Source of the DNA: Phoronis australis
Lineage: Eukaryota; Animalia; Phoronida
Direction: 5' to 3'
Length of the DNA stretch: 64,000 nucleotides
Assembly (NCBI GenBank): GCA_002633005.1
Contig: NMRA01000026.1
Span: forward strand, 59,497 to 123,496
Each line of letters begins with the position of its first letter. The stretch's first letter is position 1. The translations under genes and the position numbers were made by a program. The notes below the pieces were generated by a model that saw only the letters and a list, made by a program, of their open reading frames with translations, did not search any database and had not been told where the DNA came from. Shown here piece after piece: positions 14,501 through 26,400 of this stretch.

Positions 14501-17441
14501 CATATACAGCTTTTCTTGTTGTTCCCACAAAATAGTTAGTGTGTGATAGAATTTAACTTTCAACAGTTTAAAGGTATCTTGGTTTGTTTACCAATTGTAT
14601 CCTGCAATATAAGCTTATTTGGTTAGGTGAATATATGGCTCAGAAGCTTTGCACACTTTGGTGGAATTATTGACTGCTGAGCCATCGGCCAATTCATCTC
14701 ATAGTTATTGTGTTGTCTCTTGAAACTAATTCAACCTTAGCCAAATTTCGTCTTGTTATTTTACACAAAAATGATGTCCAAAATTGTCCTTTTTGTATTT
14801 ATCCTGTTTTACATTATATTTCTTTAGTATACTTGATAAATACAAGTGATGACATTACTGCCCAGAAACTGAACGAACATTATATCTGGGCATCGTCTTG
14901 TCATATGTTGATTAGTGTAAATAACGGAAACTTTGAAAACTTTATTTTAATGATGTTGACATAGTAAACAAACAAGCTTGAATAATCAACTACAACGTTT
15001 TTAATCTATATTTTTTGTTGAGAATGCTAATGAAATAAAATTGACATTTTGTTGATGGACGAGAATGGAATCTGAACTGATTTTAGGTTTGATGGAAATC
15101 ACGTACTGCTTCATTTTGAGAGTGAATCACAGTACAATGAGTTCGGCGAAGCTTTCCTGAACAAGAGGCTCGACAACGTTGCTGGTTTCCAAGTTATTGA
15201 GATTGAACGTAAGTGAGAATAGCATCAACTGGAAGCCATAGTCCTTCTCTACGAAACTTTACTCATGATTATATACATAATTTGACCAATGACACGCTTT
15301 GTACAATTTTCACACCACATGTTTAGTCAGTTTGACCAATCACACGCTTTTTACAGTTTGCACACTACATGTTTAGTCAACTTGACCAATGACACGCTTC
15401 ATACTGTTTTCACACCACATGTTTAGTCAATTTGACCAATGACACGCTTCATACAATTTTCACACCACATGTTAAGTCAATATAAAAATCTTGTGCCAAT
15501 TATATTGTTTTGGTCACGGCCTTGTTCTCTGTCAACATTGTTTTCTACTGAGACATATTCGAATTTATTTTAATTCAAATCTGACCTCCAAATAACCTTT
15601 TAGTGAGAACAGTCGCTAATTTAAATAGAATCTGAGGTTTTCCTGCCTGGATCAGGTCTTGACACCTTCATTCCTAAGTTCTGCAATAAGCGTTTCTTCT
15701 GCCAAGGAATCCAGACCTCTTCAAAGCTGTTTGACTTCGATATGTTCTTTACTCAGATGAGAAAGTAATTTCTGGTCCTAGATCGAAGGAAGTAGCAGTT
15801 AGTCGTTGCTCGAGACGGTTCTCCGCACAGCGTGTGTCAACTCTGACAAGCCAACTTGTCATGCCTCATCTCGAGCAATAGTAGACTGTTAGTTCATCCG
15901 TTACCCAGAAATCACCTGTAGGTTGAGTTAGGAACAAGTTGAGGCCAGTTTTATAATGTTGAGTAGACAAAGTGAAGAGCTAGTCATGCAGACGGGTGTG
16001 GGTATATGACACCTATGAATTTTGCCTTCTCTGGTGCTCACCCACATTTTGGTGGGTGTGAATTCAGGCTATAGTGTGGCTTACAGAGGTGCCGGATGTC
16101 GAGAACCAATGTGATGTTGTTAAGTAGAGAAAACTAGTTCTTAAAATGCGAGAATCTATTAAGAGACTTTTTGTTTACTTAGGCTGACGATGAATGCTCA
16201 TAACGCCTATATCTGTTTAATTATCATTGACTGAAATCTTCTTTTCATTATTTATAATTGCTCAGTAATGAGAAACACATATACTGTAACAGCTGATGAT
16301 AACCCTTGCATCAAAAAATACACCAACCATTCTTATCAACCATCTATATCATGGATGTAAATAGACCAATGTATTTTGGAAATGATTTTTCTATATCACC
16401 ATTTCAAAGCTGTTTTAGGAAATTATAGTCCAGCATATATTTTGTCACTTTTTGAATGTTTGTCTTGGACTTGTCTGCAGAAAACTGATAAAAAAATTAT
16501 CAGCTGAAACGACAGTCATCAAATCAAATCATACTAAACTTCTGCTAGTGATCTGTGACAAAATACTATTATGCTCTAAAATTGTTATGAAAACATCCCT
16601 TTCAAATATGAAATTGAGCAGTAACAAAATATCGTGGATTGTCATGTCATTAAAAACAAAGCCAAGCTCTAAAGCAAAGTGTTGCATATCGAGTGAATAA
16701 TGACCTTTGACCTTTTCAGCTGCCACTCTCACAGGTCTTCCCATTTGCATGATGGAGGTCAATACATCACAAGTCGACTCACTAACCCTTGACGTCACAA
16801 AGGTCATCCGTCCTTTCTCTTCTGTTTTCAAGTTTATTGCCATTCGTGACGAGGGTCCTATCTCATCGTTCGCTGCATCCGAAGAGAACATGTCACGTGA
16901 CAGTGATGTACCGAATATGTGCCTAACATTGTTATTTGCTGGCGATAGTCAGCGCAATGCTCGCCGTTGTTTGGATTACTTGCGACACCCGCCGTGGAGG
17001 CCATACAGTTTTCCAGAGGCCATCTCTGATGTTCTAGATGATAGCGTGACATACGCCATTCACAAGGATATCAAAATGCCGATGATCGGAGTGCGGACGG
17101 GCTGTGCCCAACCTGGAGTGCAGCTCACAGTTTTCGTCAAGGATCCAGCAAAGTTCTCAGAAATGGAATCGTTCTACGAAGGATTGTTCAAAAGGAAGCC
17201 CTATGACCGCAGTGTTGATACCACTAAGATTCATTATTGTATCTTCGCGTGTTCTAGTCATTCAGAGCTCATGTTGGCTTTGTATCCAAATGTCGATACA
17301 ACATCAACTCGTATCTGCTCATTGTATGTGCAAGTGCTGGATGTCAATTGTATTCCAGATACGATAAAGATATCCAATGATCTCGCCTATACAAAAGATC
17401 CTGAGGGCAATAGGGTGATAGTGTTTTCAGTTGTGCATTAA
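11509..17441 (+). CDS. FAM124-family-like protein (~403 aa); exons 11509-11718, 12338-12495, 13229-13350 (or its duplicate 15087-15208), 16720-17441
   Basis: Exon phases 0/2/1 join into one ORF. The last exon has FAM124-like motifs: LTLLF..LRHPPWR, QLTVFV..MESFYEGLFKRKP, YCIF, LYVQV, and C-terminal TKDPEGNRVIV (glyoxalase/VOC-like DPxGN). The exon 1 donor (TTC|gtaaga) is the least certain. Confidence 0.75.
12065..12271. mobile_element. Dispersed MITE-like family; related copies at ~42375-42770, 51169-51419, 54140-54405, 63185-63238
   Basis: Shared core cctcagagaaacaaa..gtcc..aaa.gagacaaaagtccac and end ttcgagccccctatattttaggct.ggtgcgcgcatg, found in both orientations, with CATG..GCAC/GTGC..CATG-like inverted termini. 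Confidence 0.7.
12512..16274. repeat. ~1.9-kb tandem duplication (12512-14367 and 14369-16274) joined by a single N; includes exon 3 of the FAM124-like gene
   Basis: Identical 84-aa spurious ORFs at 12853 and 14710. The copies differ by scattered substitutions and one extra 41-bp minisatellite unit. Confidence 0.95.
13421..13573. repeat. Minisatellite with ~41-50 bp units (3 here, 4 in the duplicate at ~15279-15481)
   Basis: tttgaccaatgacacgcttcatacaattttcacaccacatgtttagtca repeated. Confidence 0.8.
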
Positions 17442-20189
17442 ATAGTTCGGATTTTTATGTCCAAGAAAACCAATCTGTGTCTGGTCTCGGTAAATATGTA
17501 TCCTGTGCAACTCCGCACACACAAACATACCTGCCTGGATTGAATTGATCTTTTTCCAGGTTGTATATGATCTTTAAGATTGAAACTAAAATAATAAAGA
17601 TCAAAAATGTAAACGAGGTCACTATCCCTTAAGTGGAAACGTGAGAAAATTATTTTGAAACAATAAACAAATAAAATTTTCAATAAATAACGCAACTGAA
17701 CTGATCGTGAAATGTCAGATTGTCTACTGAACGACCAAATTGTCTTAAAGCTTTGTACATTTATGAGGATAGGTCATTCCTTGTTCATTGTTCATTCTTA
17801 TTGAACACACTTTTGTTCATACCACTGTGCTGCAACACGGGCTGTTGTAAATTGGAATGAACCGTTTTGTGAATGGCCGCTTGATATTATGAAATAAGTG
17901 TTACACAAGAGAGAATCGTGGTTTGTGCGAAAGTTTGCCAAATGCAGGTTCACACGAGTTCAGAATGGTGTGGACAGCCCTTAGGAGTAATTTGAGATAG
18001 CTAGAATTGATTTTGAAATTGCAATTAAAAGCTGTGGTTAAGCATTCACCGTGTCGTGTGGTTTCCCATAATGCAATGGTGATTATATATATTCTTGTGG
18101 CCCATTTAGATTTTTAGATGATATATATGTATACTTATGAATGTCCAACAAGTAACTTATTTGTCAGTGGACAATCAAAAGTCAACAGTAATGTAACATT
18201 AATATTTTGTAATAATATATTTGTTGTTCGGGTTTTGATGGCATTTCAATAACATAGAAAAATCAATTTGCAGTAAATCTTCATGTCAAACACTGATTGT
18301 AGGGCTTGCTATTCGAAGAAGTTTCGAGAACCTCGGCCTCGCCATGGCGTCTAGTGTTGTCCCAGTTGTATCAAAGTTGTATTTTCACTGCAAATTTACG
18401 ATCTACAAGTCTTGTTCTGTGATTACAGCCTTTAGAAGTCTTAGTTTGGCTTTGCTTTCCTTGAAACGTTGGTGCTTGCCAGTTATAGTCGTGAACTCAT
18501 GACTCATAATTCAGCAGTCTACAGGTTGTGTAGGACTTTATCAACAAGTCAGTGTTTTGATATCCACATAAAGTAGATTACAACTTAACAAAAGTATATT
18601 TTTGAAAGTAGGATCTGATTTTTTACTCTCTACTAATCTGCTTTTCATAGGATGACGTGACTGGTCTTCATTAAAATTCAACGAGTGTACATGGGTAGCA
18701 AAACAACTATCAATAAAATGTTGAAATTTTATTTAAAAATATATTCCAATACTAAATCACAAAAACTGTCTTCTAAACAACCGTTTTGTTTATAAGTACA
18801 ATTTAAAAAATGTTTGTAAAAACAAAATGATTGTTTAGAAAACAGTTTTTTGTTTCCATGAAAATCATCAACTTTTATAAGGTAACCCCTTGGTGGAAAT
18901 GTGGAACACTTTAAGAACAATTCATAATAGCACATGGGAGAACTGTAAAGCAGTGTCTATTTGTATCTAACTGAAGAGTCATTTTGAAGACACGCTGTTC
19001 CGAACATAGCCAAACTTGACATTCTGCCGAGGTCCTACGTAACTTTAAATGGTGATTAAAAGCACGAGATTGTATTGGTGTTTTTAGGTTTAATCTATTA
19101 CCTTTATGTTCTTTTGAAAGATTCAGTCAATGTGTGAATATTTGAAATTGTGTTGGTTAGGGGAAGTCCTGTGTAGTTGATGTTGACGTCAGATTTGCCG
19201 ATACTTCTCGTGTTTTATCTAGTGTGTATGTTCAAGAAACGGTGATTTTTTCGTAATTCATATTTCGTGTTTTAATGTTGTTTGCTTAATTTATTTGCGT
19301 ACTTGGTAATTAACATAATACCCGATTGTCATATCATATCTTCTGAAGTTTTCCGTGAGTTTATCAAAGATGGTGGTAGGAATTCATTACAAATCATATC
19401 CTTGCACATGTGCTAATAACTTTATTTATGTGTTCTAGTCTGAAAAGTTTACCCCGAGGTCCAATATAACTGAATGAAGCTACTCTTCACCTGGAAGAAT
19501 AAATAGGTGTTTAGTCTTCCTGGAATTTGAAGAGGTATAAAAGCACAATAGGTTGGGTTGTGTACACTCTACTCATTTTCAAATCTGGGCCCCCAACATT
19601 GTCACCTGGTGTCAATTGTTAAAAACAGAGATCTTGCCTCTTTTCAGCAGGCATCAGGTGACTTTTTTCAAAATCTTGACCAATAAAATATGCGGGATCC
19701 ATTTTTGAAAACAACAGTTGTGCTATTTTTTCAAATTCCGTTTTGTCACTCTGTCTTATTTGCAGACTGACATTTCAGTGCTTAGCATTTCAGTTGGTGA
19801 AGTAGGGTAAAGGAAATTTTGTTTGTGCTGAAAACTCTTACCAAAGCAATTCTTAAGTCACACTGTCGTATAGTTCCGAGTGCTAGTCAAACTCTTCTTC
19901 ATCCTTCTTCATCCTCTCCTGCCACAAAATCGGGTTTCGAATCATGTCAACATGTTGTTTTCTAATTGTAAATAAATCGTAAATTATTCATGTCTTTGTC
20001 GGCTTGTGTGACTTCCCAAAAACACGATGACTATTTTAAAAGTGGAGGAAGACAAAGGTGAGGGGTAATCTAGACTCTAGAGGATATTTCTTAGAAATCT
20101 TTTGAATTAATCCTCTTGAAATCGGACTTGGCTAAATTTAAGACACGTGAAAGACTCCAATGAGTAATGGGGAGTTTGAAAATCGATCT

Positions 20190-20720
20190 TGATAGGGGCA
20201 TGACAGCGTTTTCCCATTCAGTGACTTTACCAGACGTAGGGGGTTCTGAGCATGTGATAACATCTAGCTTCTATGTTAACTGCGGCCAAGCACACTCTTT
20301 TGTCTGTTATGAAAAATTAACAACCAAGCCAGTTATCTACCAGGCTTATTACAGACCACGTGTGAACACTGTCAAACTCATTGAATTAGTCAGTGTATTC
20401 GGAAAGAATAGATTGTCGTAACTTCTGTTGCAGTTGGGTGATTTTGGCGATTCAAAAACTAAACATGATCACCATTTAACGAAGATTTCAGAAATGTTAT
20501 TGGTTTATGTTCAAATGTGTTATACCTTAACTTTTAGTTTTAACAGCATAGCCCAGTCAGGCTAGATAGGATCTCATTGGAGATTAGCGCAATTATCGAA
20601 CAAAAGAGAGCTGGTCCTCCAACCATAAATGCCAGAATGGAGTTAATCAGTCGTGTAAGATATTGGCTACAGGGGTAACTTCCCAACTTGTTGTTGAGCT
20701 ATAGAATCGAACAAGTTGGG
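20190..20720. repeat. Dispersed repeat; inverted homolog at ~42860-43375
   Basis: ORF-track peptides MTAFSHSVTLPDVGGSEHVITSS (+) and ITAFSRSVTLPDVEGCERVITSS (-) reflect nucleotide similarity extending ~500 bp. Confidence 0.85.
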
Positions 20721-21394
20721 AGCAACGGGAAAACGCCGTAATGGTTCACTCACGATTTAGATCAAACCCAAGAATTGGCAATCAAATGCATAAAATAGAA
20801 CAATCAGTGTTTTCACAAGCCCGCAGCTACACAGTAGATTTAGGGAACTTAGTGGAGTCCCTGGGACTGTTTCATGCAACCAGCACACATTACAGCAACT
20901 CCCAATAACTGATAAACGTGTAAGACTAAAGCCAGTACGCCAATACTTAGAATGCTTTATACTAGATACATGTGACTTGAGTGCAGATCTGATTGAGTAA
21001 ATCCAAAAACGGTCCGTAAAATGAATATAGTAAATAGCAGGGACATCTTTGATAGGTTTCTCAGCACCAGTTGATATCGGTCAAAGCACAAGACACGAAG
21101 ACAATGTTACGTGTTACAATTGTTACAGACTACACCAGAACCAGCTGAACATGTTTCAGTGCTTTAATTGAGCCAAACTTGGCAAAGTGAAGGGCGATAA
21201 ATTTTGACACTAATTGAAGTTTTCAAAGCGGCCAAGGCTATGAGAAAAATGGAACATTCCCGCATACACTTCTAGGAAAGGCTCTAACTGTTGATTTAAA
21301 ATTACACAGCTCTGTGAACTTTAAAACAGAAACTAGCAGATTTGATGCTACTTGCTCCCTCTGTTGGTCAAGGTCTCTTTATCACCAATATCAT

Positions 21395-21900
21395 GTCAAG
21401 TCAAGTCAATTTATTTACAGTCGGTTTAAGTAAAACAAGAGAAAATTTTAGCCACAGGATAGTATATCACAAATATGAATACAGAAGTTATAAAAAATAA
21501 TATGAAATTAAAACAAGTATTCAAATGCTATATACAAGATTAACAAGATTATTAAATAATTAGCACCATATGAAAGATTATTTTCGAATCAAGAAATCAC
21601 AGGCTCTGCACTTGCAGGGAGACTCAGTCCATGTGTTTGCATATAGCACATAATTAATTCTTTAAATATAGGCTCGATCTCGCCTCTGATATAGTTCCAC
21701 AAATTAGAGCCACAGGCTGACAAAGACCGCAGACCATAACAAGTGGTTCTGCACTGGGGAACAATGTTTGTCCTGTTCGATGATCTCAAATTATATGGGG
21801 TCCTCCGCATTGTGAGAAGATCCCACAGAAATTAGGCTGACCAGTGGTTCAAAATTTTGAAAGCTTCTTTTAGAAAAATTCTTTGTCCGATATACCAGGC
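21395..21900 (-). mobile_element. 3' fragment of a CR1/L2-type LINE
   Basis: PYNLRS...PQCRTTCYGLRSLSACGSNLWN resembles the C-terminus of CR1/L2-group ORF2; followed on the minus strand by aataaa and a (TTGAC)n tail at ~21395-21416. Confidence 0.65.
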
Positions 21901-21933
21901 TCTAGGGTAGGCAGATTATCTCTCTGTAACAGT

Positions 21934-22437
21934 CAGGGCTTGCAATGACCAATGACAACAAACGCAGAAACTTTCAACGGCCCAAATCATGCCCAATAAC
22001 TGGCCTTGAATGGTCGATGTGAACCTTTCCCCGACAAAAATCGGGAGGACTAAAAATAAGAAAAAAAACTTTACCACCATCAGTAGCATGCGTCTGCGTC
22101 CTTTTAGCTCGCCCGTCCACCCCCAACCCACACATTTTTGGCTGCAGAGCGGTAGTATTTGTCGCCGCGCTTAACAATAACACGAGACGCCATTGAAAAT
22201 CCCACCACGCTGTCCCAGATGCCCCGGCAATGTTGACAATTTACGTTCCTCCGAAACATAAAGAGCAACTTCCGCTTTTCGAGGTGAATGTCGTCTGCAA
22301 CGCCGCCGTAAGAAAGGAATTTGCTGCGGAAATTTTATATCAAATCCGATTTTTTACGGGGAAATATTATAAAAAAAGCGGAAAGCAAATTTGAAAAAAG
22401 CGGAAATCCGCGTTTCCGCGGAAAATTCCAAGCCCTG
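21934..22437. mobile_element. Non-autonomous DNA transposon (MITE); partial relatives at ~5490-5720 and ~27595-27747
   Basis: TIRs CAGGGCTTG(c)AAT...ATTCCAAGCCCTG, flanked by a direct repeat aacagt on both sides. Confidence 0.75.
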
Positions 22438-23493
22438 AACAGTGTCTCATTCATATAAGGTAGAAAAATCATCAAATACAAATTGCAGGGCCCTACATTT
22501 AACTCGTTCAATTTTGTGTCTATTGACTTGGCCACAAAAATGCCAGATTAAAGCACAGTAGAGACACTAAGATAAAACAAAATATTGAAAAGTCATCAGT
22601 TCACATGCACGGACAGTCGCACGTTCACATGGCACAACTACATGTATACCATTCTTAGTTAATAATAGCATCATGGATAATATCTCTACACATATCCAAG
22701 ATACTCAGGAGAAAACACTAGTGGCAACCATAGCTTGCTCCTGTCCAGATTTCTCAAAGCTGCGATGATATACCTCTGGCGACAAGTGAAGGCACCTGGT
22801 CAGGCGCAAAGCCCCAGGAATCTTGGGTTGTCATGATCAAACATGGTGGAGCTGGTCAGACGAAGAACATGTCATGCGTCACCTGGTTTTGAGAAATGCA
22901 CAGATTAACGAAAGCATACAACGGAGTATGTTTGCAAGAAGATATGTGAGTAAATGGAAATTTTCTAATTTGACATTGATTTGAGCCAGCGATAATCAAT
23001 TCAAGTGATGATGGAGGTAGAATTACATAATTATGTGGCTGCATGCTGCAAGCACCTCTGTGTATGAGGGTGGATAAAAATGCATAGCAAAGTCACTGCT
23101 TTCCGGTTATAGTGACAATCTGGCTGAAGTTAGTGACACCGAAACCAGGCGTGCGTTCAGTTAACGCTAGGACCTACGATAGGACCTAGTCAAAGTCACG
23201 TGCTCTCATTAAAAATGCACGGCAATGTCTCACGTAATCCCGCGAAGTCTTGCTTTTTAGGAAGGTCCCAGCGTTACTGAACAGGAGGCAGGATTGAGTT
23301 CTGTAGATGAAACAATGTTGCTAAATAGGCTTCAGTGTGATCGTGTGCTAGTTGCTCACAAATAAATATGGAATCTCACAATTAAGCCTTACGTGATCTT
23401 GTATTTCCCCTTGTCTGCAGGAAGCACGCCTGCACAAGGGCGAGTAGACAGCTGGCTGAGAACAACAAAAGTTCCACAAAATTTGTGGATTCG

Positions 23494-26400
23494 TCAGAAG
23501 TTGAAATTCACATTACCCAGAAGTCTTCCTATTTCATTCGCCAATTTCTCCACCTTCACCTTCAGCAAATTCAATCTGCGTAGCCCCAGTAGCCTGATTA
23601 ATTCACTGTAATTGCCCACTTTGATGACTGCTTGTTTCTCGAGCTGATCGAGGAGTTGGCGAGTTTTTGTAATTTCTTCCAGTCGTGCGCGTCTGTAAAA
23701 AAATACACCTTAGAAAAAGAACATTGACTTCCCAAAACCAGTCACTGGTCGGACATAAGCAGCAAGACATACTGGTCACAAAACAAATGAGACCGAGGCT
23801 ACAAACATCAATTTAAAATTGGAAACATTTTTTCAATGACACTTACGATAAACCTCCTCAACATTTTTCAGACTGAACGCAACACATGTGCCAATGTGAC
23901 TGTCACAAGAAATAAAATACTTGATAGGCATAAGCAGGGTCTTCTTTAGTCTAGTAAGTGCGTTTTTCATTGGTCAGTCATGCACAAATTAATTTCAATT
24001 GACCAATCACAAAATGAAAACCTGTATGCAAATTACATTATAATATTGCACTCCACATACACCCTCAAACTANNNNNNNNNNNNNNNNNNNNNNNNNNNN
24101 NNNNNNNNNNNNNNNNNNNNNNNNNNNNNNNNNNNNNNNNNNNNNNNNNNNNNNNNNNNNNNNNNNNNNNNNNNNNNNNNNNNNNNNNNNNNNNNNNNNN
24201 NNNNNNNNNNNNNNNNNNNNNNNNNNNNNNNNNNNNNNNNNNNNNNNNNNNNNNNNNNNNNNNNNNNNCCCCCCCCCCCCCCCCTCCCCAGGCCCTATAG
24301 CAAAATTGCACCATATGGACTCTTTAGCAAAAATGCAAGATTCTACTTCGATTGCACTTGGGGTTTTTGTTTCGCGTGTTACTACTTCAATTACACTAAA
24401 TCTGCTGGGCACAACTTTTTGAAAAGATGCAAACTTTTTATCACCAGGCTCGCCCAATGACCACAAGTTCAAACCTGCTTGCCACTAGTAATTTACTGCA
24501 GACACAAAACAATTAACTGATTATGTAAAACCTTATTAAGAAATCTGTACATTGAGCTGTACATCTAAAAAGGCATAGTAATTAATCTCCATGATAGCAA
24601 GTAGCAGCGTATATTCAAGAAAACAACAACGGTTTTAAAACTTGACATGTTTCGGTGTCATTTATTCAACATCATCCTCAGAAGTGATAATACAGTGGCC
24701 ACCTACATGTACCTATGTAGGCCCAGCAACAAGTAATGAAGCACAGATACAGTCAGTTACAGGGAGTGACAATGAACTAGACCAACAATGACAACCTTAC
24801 TTGTTGCTGAGCCTGTAGCTAGGTGGCCACTGTATTATCACTTCTGAGGATGGTGTTGAATAAATGACACCGAAACATGTCAAGTTTTAAAACCGTTGTT
24901 GTTTTCTTGAACACAGTAATTAAGTGTACATTCAAAGATGATCTTTATGAGCAAACCAACAGACAGAATTCAATATTTGAAAACAGTAAACCCACCTATT
25001 ATGTATCGGAACAATTACTTCTGTGAGTTCCGAAATTAAACTTGGATTATTAAAAACGGAGAAGCATGAATGTATACCTGTAAAGTCCGCTGACAAAGTA
25101 ACAGGATACCAACACGTGCCTTCTGATGTATATTTCTGTACCTGTGGCAAAGTATTTTAAACATTTATTTCATTCTTAACTTTCCATTTTATACTATGAG
25201 TACTAAATTCTGCATAATTTTGAATATGACTCTGTGTATAAAAAGAGCAACTTGGGTAGAGTAACATCAGATTTGTTGCAGTGCCAACATTTTTCCACAT
25301 GAAAATTAGATCATGATATTTTCACTGCGACCTTGAGGTCAAGGTCCGCAAAATCAACAAGAGTCTCATGTTGCCCCAACTACAACTTATACAAACCATC
25401 AACAACGTTCTAAAGCTCCCATCTTTAGGAATAGTGCACCAACAACATTTTTCAAGTATTCTTTTGGTGCTGTGACCTTGAAAATGATAGTAAATGTAGA
25501 CGGTCATAAACACTTTGCTTTATGATAACGCATGATAATCGACAATAAAATTTCCTTGATTATAGACAACATGAGAATGGAATATATGTAGTGCTTGAAC
25601 GATTACCTTTACTTTTGAAACCAATTGCCATTCATAACATGAAATCTCACCTTCCCACATGGCCTCTGGCCATCAAAGGCTCCATCACCAGCATGAACTA
25701 CGTGTGCACCACTTGATACAGAAAATGGACCTAAAATTGACCAGTAAGGTGCTAGTGAATAAACAAGCAGATATTGGCCTTACTGGTCAATTTTAGCTCT
25801 CATTTTAAATTGTAACTTCAACTCCAGAGTTATGGAAGAGCTTGATTGTTGAATTCGATTGATTGAGCAAGGCAGAGGGTACCTATTACAACTGAAATCA
25901 AATCATTCAGCAAACCTCTTCATTTCAAAATAGAATGGTAATATGTACTTTTCAAATAAGATGCACTAAATGAAGACTACAGTAATTGCCTTCTTAGGAC
26001 ATTCATTTGATAAAAATGTCAAAGTCCAAATTTCTTGTCATACAACAGTTATGCAGACAAATTTGGTTTTAAACCTTTTTTAACACTTTATTGCAGACTG
26101 AATAATTTCTTTAAATTAAACTTTCAAAAGTATATAATCGTTTTTAAGTGCAAAAGTGTCTCAACCAGTTATCCCACAAATTGTAGCAAAAAATTTGAAA
26201 AGAACTTGTGATATTTTTCAGAAAAATTTGTTTCAAAAACCAAAAAGGATTAGAAAAATGGAAAATACTTTTGGTTTTGCAAGATCAATGACTGATTGGA
26301 AGTTATGTTTTCAAACTTCTGTTTTTTGTACTACAAATGTAAGACTGAGATGGTTTCAAATGAGAATTGTACACAGTCTCCAACAGACCGATGTACTTTT

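Larger units (their letters stand above)
24614..24911. mobile_element. Penelope-like element terminal remnant forming a ~95-bp-arm inverted repeat
   Basis: ttcaagaaaacaacaacggttttaaaacttgacatgtttcggtgtca...cagtggccaccta and its reverse complement; same family as 56482-56820, which carries GIY-YIG-like coding sequence. Confidence 0.8.

Noticed and set aside
16529-16891. 120-aa antisense ORF over FAM124-like exon 4, and similar antisense ORFs over ROCO, Gypsy and SLC1 exons
   Set aside because: Shadow ORFs of real coding sequence with no recognisable motifs.
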